Shown piece by piece: positions 62,883-64,000 of a stretch of 64,000 nucleotides of DNA. Source of the DNA: Opitutia bacterium (GTDB lineage Bacteria > Verrucomicrobiota > Verrucomicrobiia > Opitutales > JANOBW01); contig JANOBW010000169.1 of NCBI GenBank assembly GCA_031411855.1, positions 3,414 through 67,413 of the forward strand, given 5' to 3'. The notes under the pieces were generated by a model that saw only the letters and a program-made list of their open reading frames with translations, was not told where the DNA came from and made no database searches. Numbering within the stretch: position 1 is the first letter of the stretch; each line of letters opens with the position of its first letter. A program made the position numbers and the translations under genes.

Positions 62883-64000
62883 ATGGTTCCCGTTCCAACC
62901 TTCCCTCCTCATCCGACACACGCCGTGACCAACAAGACCGCCGCCGATTCCTGGACCATCGCCGACGCCAACGCCCTCTACAACTTCGAGAAGTGGGGCG
63001 GCGGCCATTTCAACGTGGACGAAAAGGGCGCGGTCTGCGTCAACCCCCGCGCCGACCACCGCTCCATCCGCCTGCTTGATGTCATCAAGGAGGCCGCCGA
63101 GATGGGGCTCAAGCCGCCCTTTTCCATCCGTTTCCAGGACCTCATCCGGCACCGCGTGGAGCGCCTCAACGACGCCTTCGCGGCCGCCATCAAATCCGAG
63201 GCTTACGAAGGCGAATACCGGGGTGTCTTCCCCATCAAGGTCAACCAACTCCGCGAGGTTGTGGAGGAGATCATTGACGCCGGCGAACCCTACCACTACG
63301 GCATTGAGGCGGGCTCCAAGCCGGAACTCATGATCGCCCTGGCCCTGCACCGCGACGCTTCGAGCCTCGTCATCTGCAACGGCTACAAGGACGACGAATA
63401 CATCCGCCTCGCGCTCCTCGGCCGCAAGCTGGGCAAACAGGTCATCATCGTCATCGAGCAACATTCCGAAGTGGAGGCCATCATCCGCATCGCCCGCGAG
63501 GAAAAGGTCGAGCCACTCCTCGGCATCCGCGTCAAACTTGTCACCGCCGGCGAGGGCAAGTGGGCGGAGTCCAGCGGCGAGGAGGCCAAGTTCGGCCTGA
63601 CCGCGCCGGAGATCATGTCCGTGGCCGAGCATCTGAAAAAGGAGGGCCTGAAAAACGCCCTCCGCCTGGTCCACTTCCACATCGGCTCGCAGGTCCCCAA
63701 CATCCTGACCATCAAGAAGGCCGTGGTGGAGGCGGCGCGTTTCTACTGCGGCCTGGTCAAGCTCGGCTTCCCCATGGGTTTCCTTGATGTCGGCGGCGGT
63801 CTCGGCGTGGATTACGACGGCTCCTGCACGGCCTACGAAAGCTCGATGAACTACACCGTCGAGCAGTATGCCCGCGACGTGGTGGCCAACATCCTCGAGG
63901 TCTGCCGCTCGGCCGATGTGGCCGTGCCGAACGTGGTTTCCGAATCCGGCCGCGCCATCGTCGCGCCGCACTCGGTGCTCGTCGTGGAGGTATTCGACCG
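62883..64000 (+). CDS. speA: biosynthetic arginine decarboxylase, N-terminal part; the 3' end runs off the right edge
   Basis: Absent from the ORF track because it has no stop in the window. My translation is MVPVPTFPPHPTHAVTNKTAADSWTIADANALYNFEKWGGGHFNVDEKG...GVFPIKVNQLREVV...HFHIGSQVPNI...LDVGGGLGVDYDG... An alternative in-frame GTG start lies at 62925. Confidence 0.9.
   Translation, partial: MVPVPTFPPHPTHAVTNKTAADSWTIADANALYNFEKWGGGHFNVDEKGAVCVNPRADHRSIRLLDVIKEAAEMGLKPPFSIRFQDLIRHRVERLNDAFAAAIKSEAYEGEYRGVFPIKVNQLREVVEEIIDAGEPYHYGIEAGSKPELMIALALHRDASSLVICNGYKDDEYIRLALLGRKLGKQVIIVIEQHSEVEAIIRIAREEKVEPLLGIRVKLVTAGEGKWAESSGEEAKFGLTAPEIMSVAEHLKKEGLKNALRLVHFHIGSQVPNILTIKKAVVEAARFYCGLVKLGFPMGFLDVGGGLGVDYDGSCTAYESSMNYTVEQYARDVVANILEVCRSADVAVPNVVSESGRAIVAPHSVLVVEVFD

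Noticed and set aside
1-64000. Whole-window check for CRISPR arrays, tRNA or rRNA genes, transposases or integrases, toxin-antitoxin pairs, restriction-modification systems and other defence-type genes.
   Set aside because: None was recognised by eye. There are no regularly spaced direct repeats and no T-loop (GGTTCGAATCC-like) strings in the spacers. No DDE, tyrosine-recombinase or serine-recombinase motifs appear in any plausible ORF. The low-GC block therefore cannot be called a mobile element from this window alone.

Overview
The window is a 64-kb chromosomal segment, mostly high GC. Hand counts on sampled 60-nt lines give 58-80% GC after about position 4600. The gene content reads like a PVC-superphylum genome, most likely Verrucomicrobiota. 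That placement is an inference from PATR-repeat and delta-60-repeat giant surface proteins, a PEP-CTERM protein, TAT-signal TIM-barrel isomerases and NPCBM/ricin glycosidases.

Coordinate conventions: CDS coordinates include the stop codon, as in the ORF track. Many starts were moved downstream of the track's longest-ORF start, and this is noted per feature. Two edge-truncated genes missing from the track were found by hand translation: a Wzz-like gene at 1-917(-) and speA at 62883-64000(+).

Gene content, left to right:
- A low-GC (about 37-53%) polysaccharide export module (beta-barrel, Wza-like, Wzz-like) plus a TPR protein.
- hisC, an RmlD-like reductase and a TerC-family protein.
- Two secreted glycosidase-like proteins.
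- A TetR + RND efflux operon (MFP, RND pump, OMF).
- A 196-bp inverted-repeat element.
- An SDR and a TAT-exported TIM-barrel isomerase.
- A 2757-aa secreted repeat protein.
- thiE, accC and accB, divergent from nadC and birA.
- Two tandem SPFH genes.
- An alpha/beta hydrolase and a 706-aa helical-repeat protein.
- arsD-arsA with no pump gene nearby.
- A metzincin-like protease.
- A 1308-aa PATR-repeat protein.
- thiL, a CPBP protease and a PEP-CTERM protein.
- A DapA-family aldolase, a di-haem DUF1111-like protein and an SGNH esterase.
- A 124-aa pore-loop-like membrane protein and a 1410-aa DUF2339-like polytopic protein.
- recA, an ABC-2 exporter pair and speA.

I recognised no rRNA, tRNA, CRISPR array, transposase, integrase or classic defence genes.

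I do not see a convincing, self-contained novel multi-gene system. The most unusual signals are:
- a roughly 105-aa C-terminal module shared by the two giant surface proteins;
- an N-terminal Gly/Tyr cluster on the Wzz-like protein inside the low-GC export block;
- a MITE-like inverted-repeat element;
- an orphan arsDA pair with a perfect palindrome at its start;
- an internal roughly 325-aa duplication in the DUF2339-like protein.

All family assignments come from motifs read by eye. None was checked against a database.
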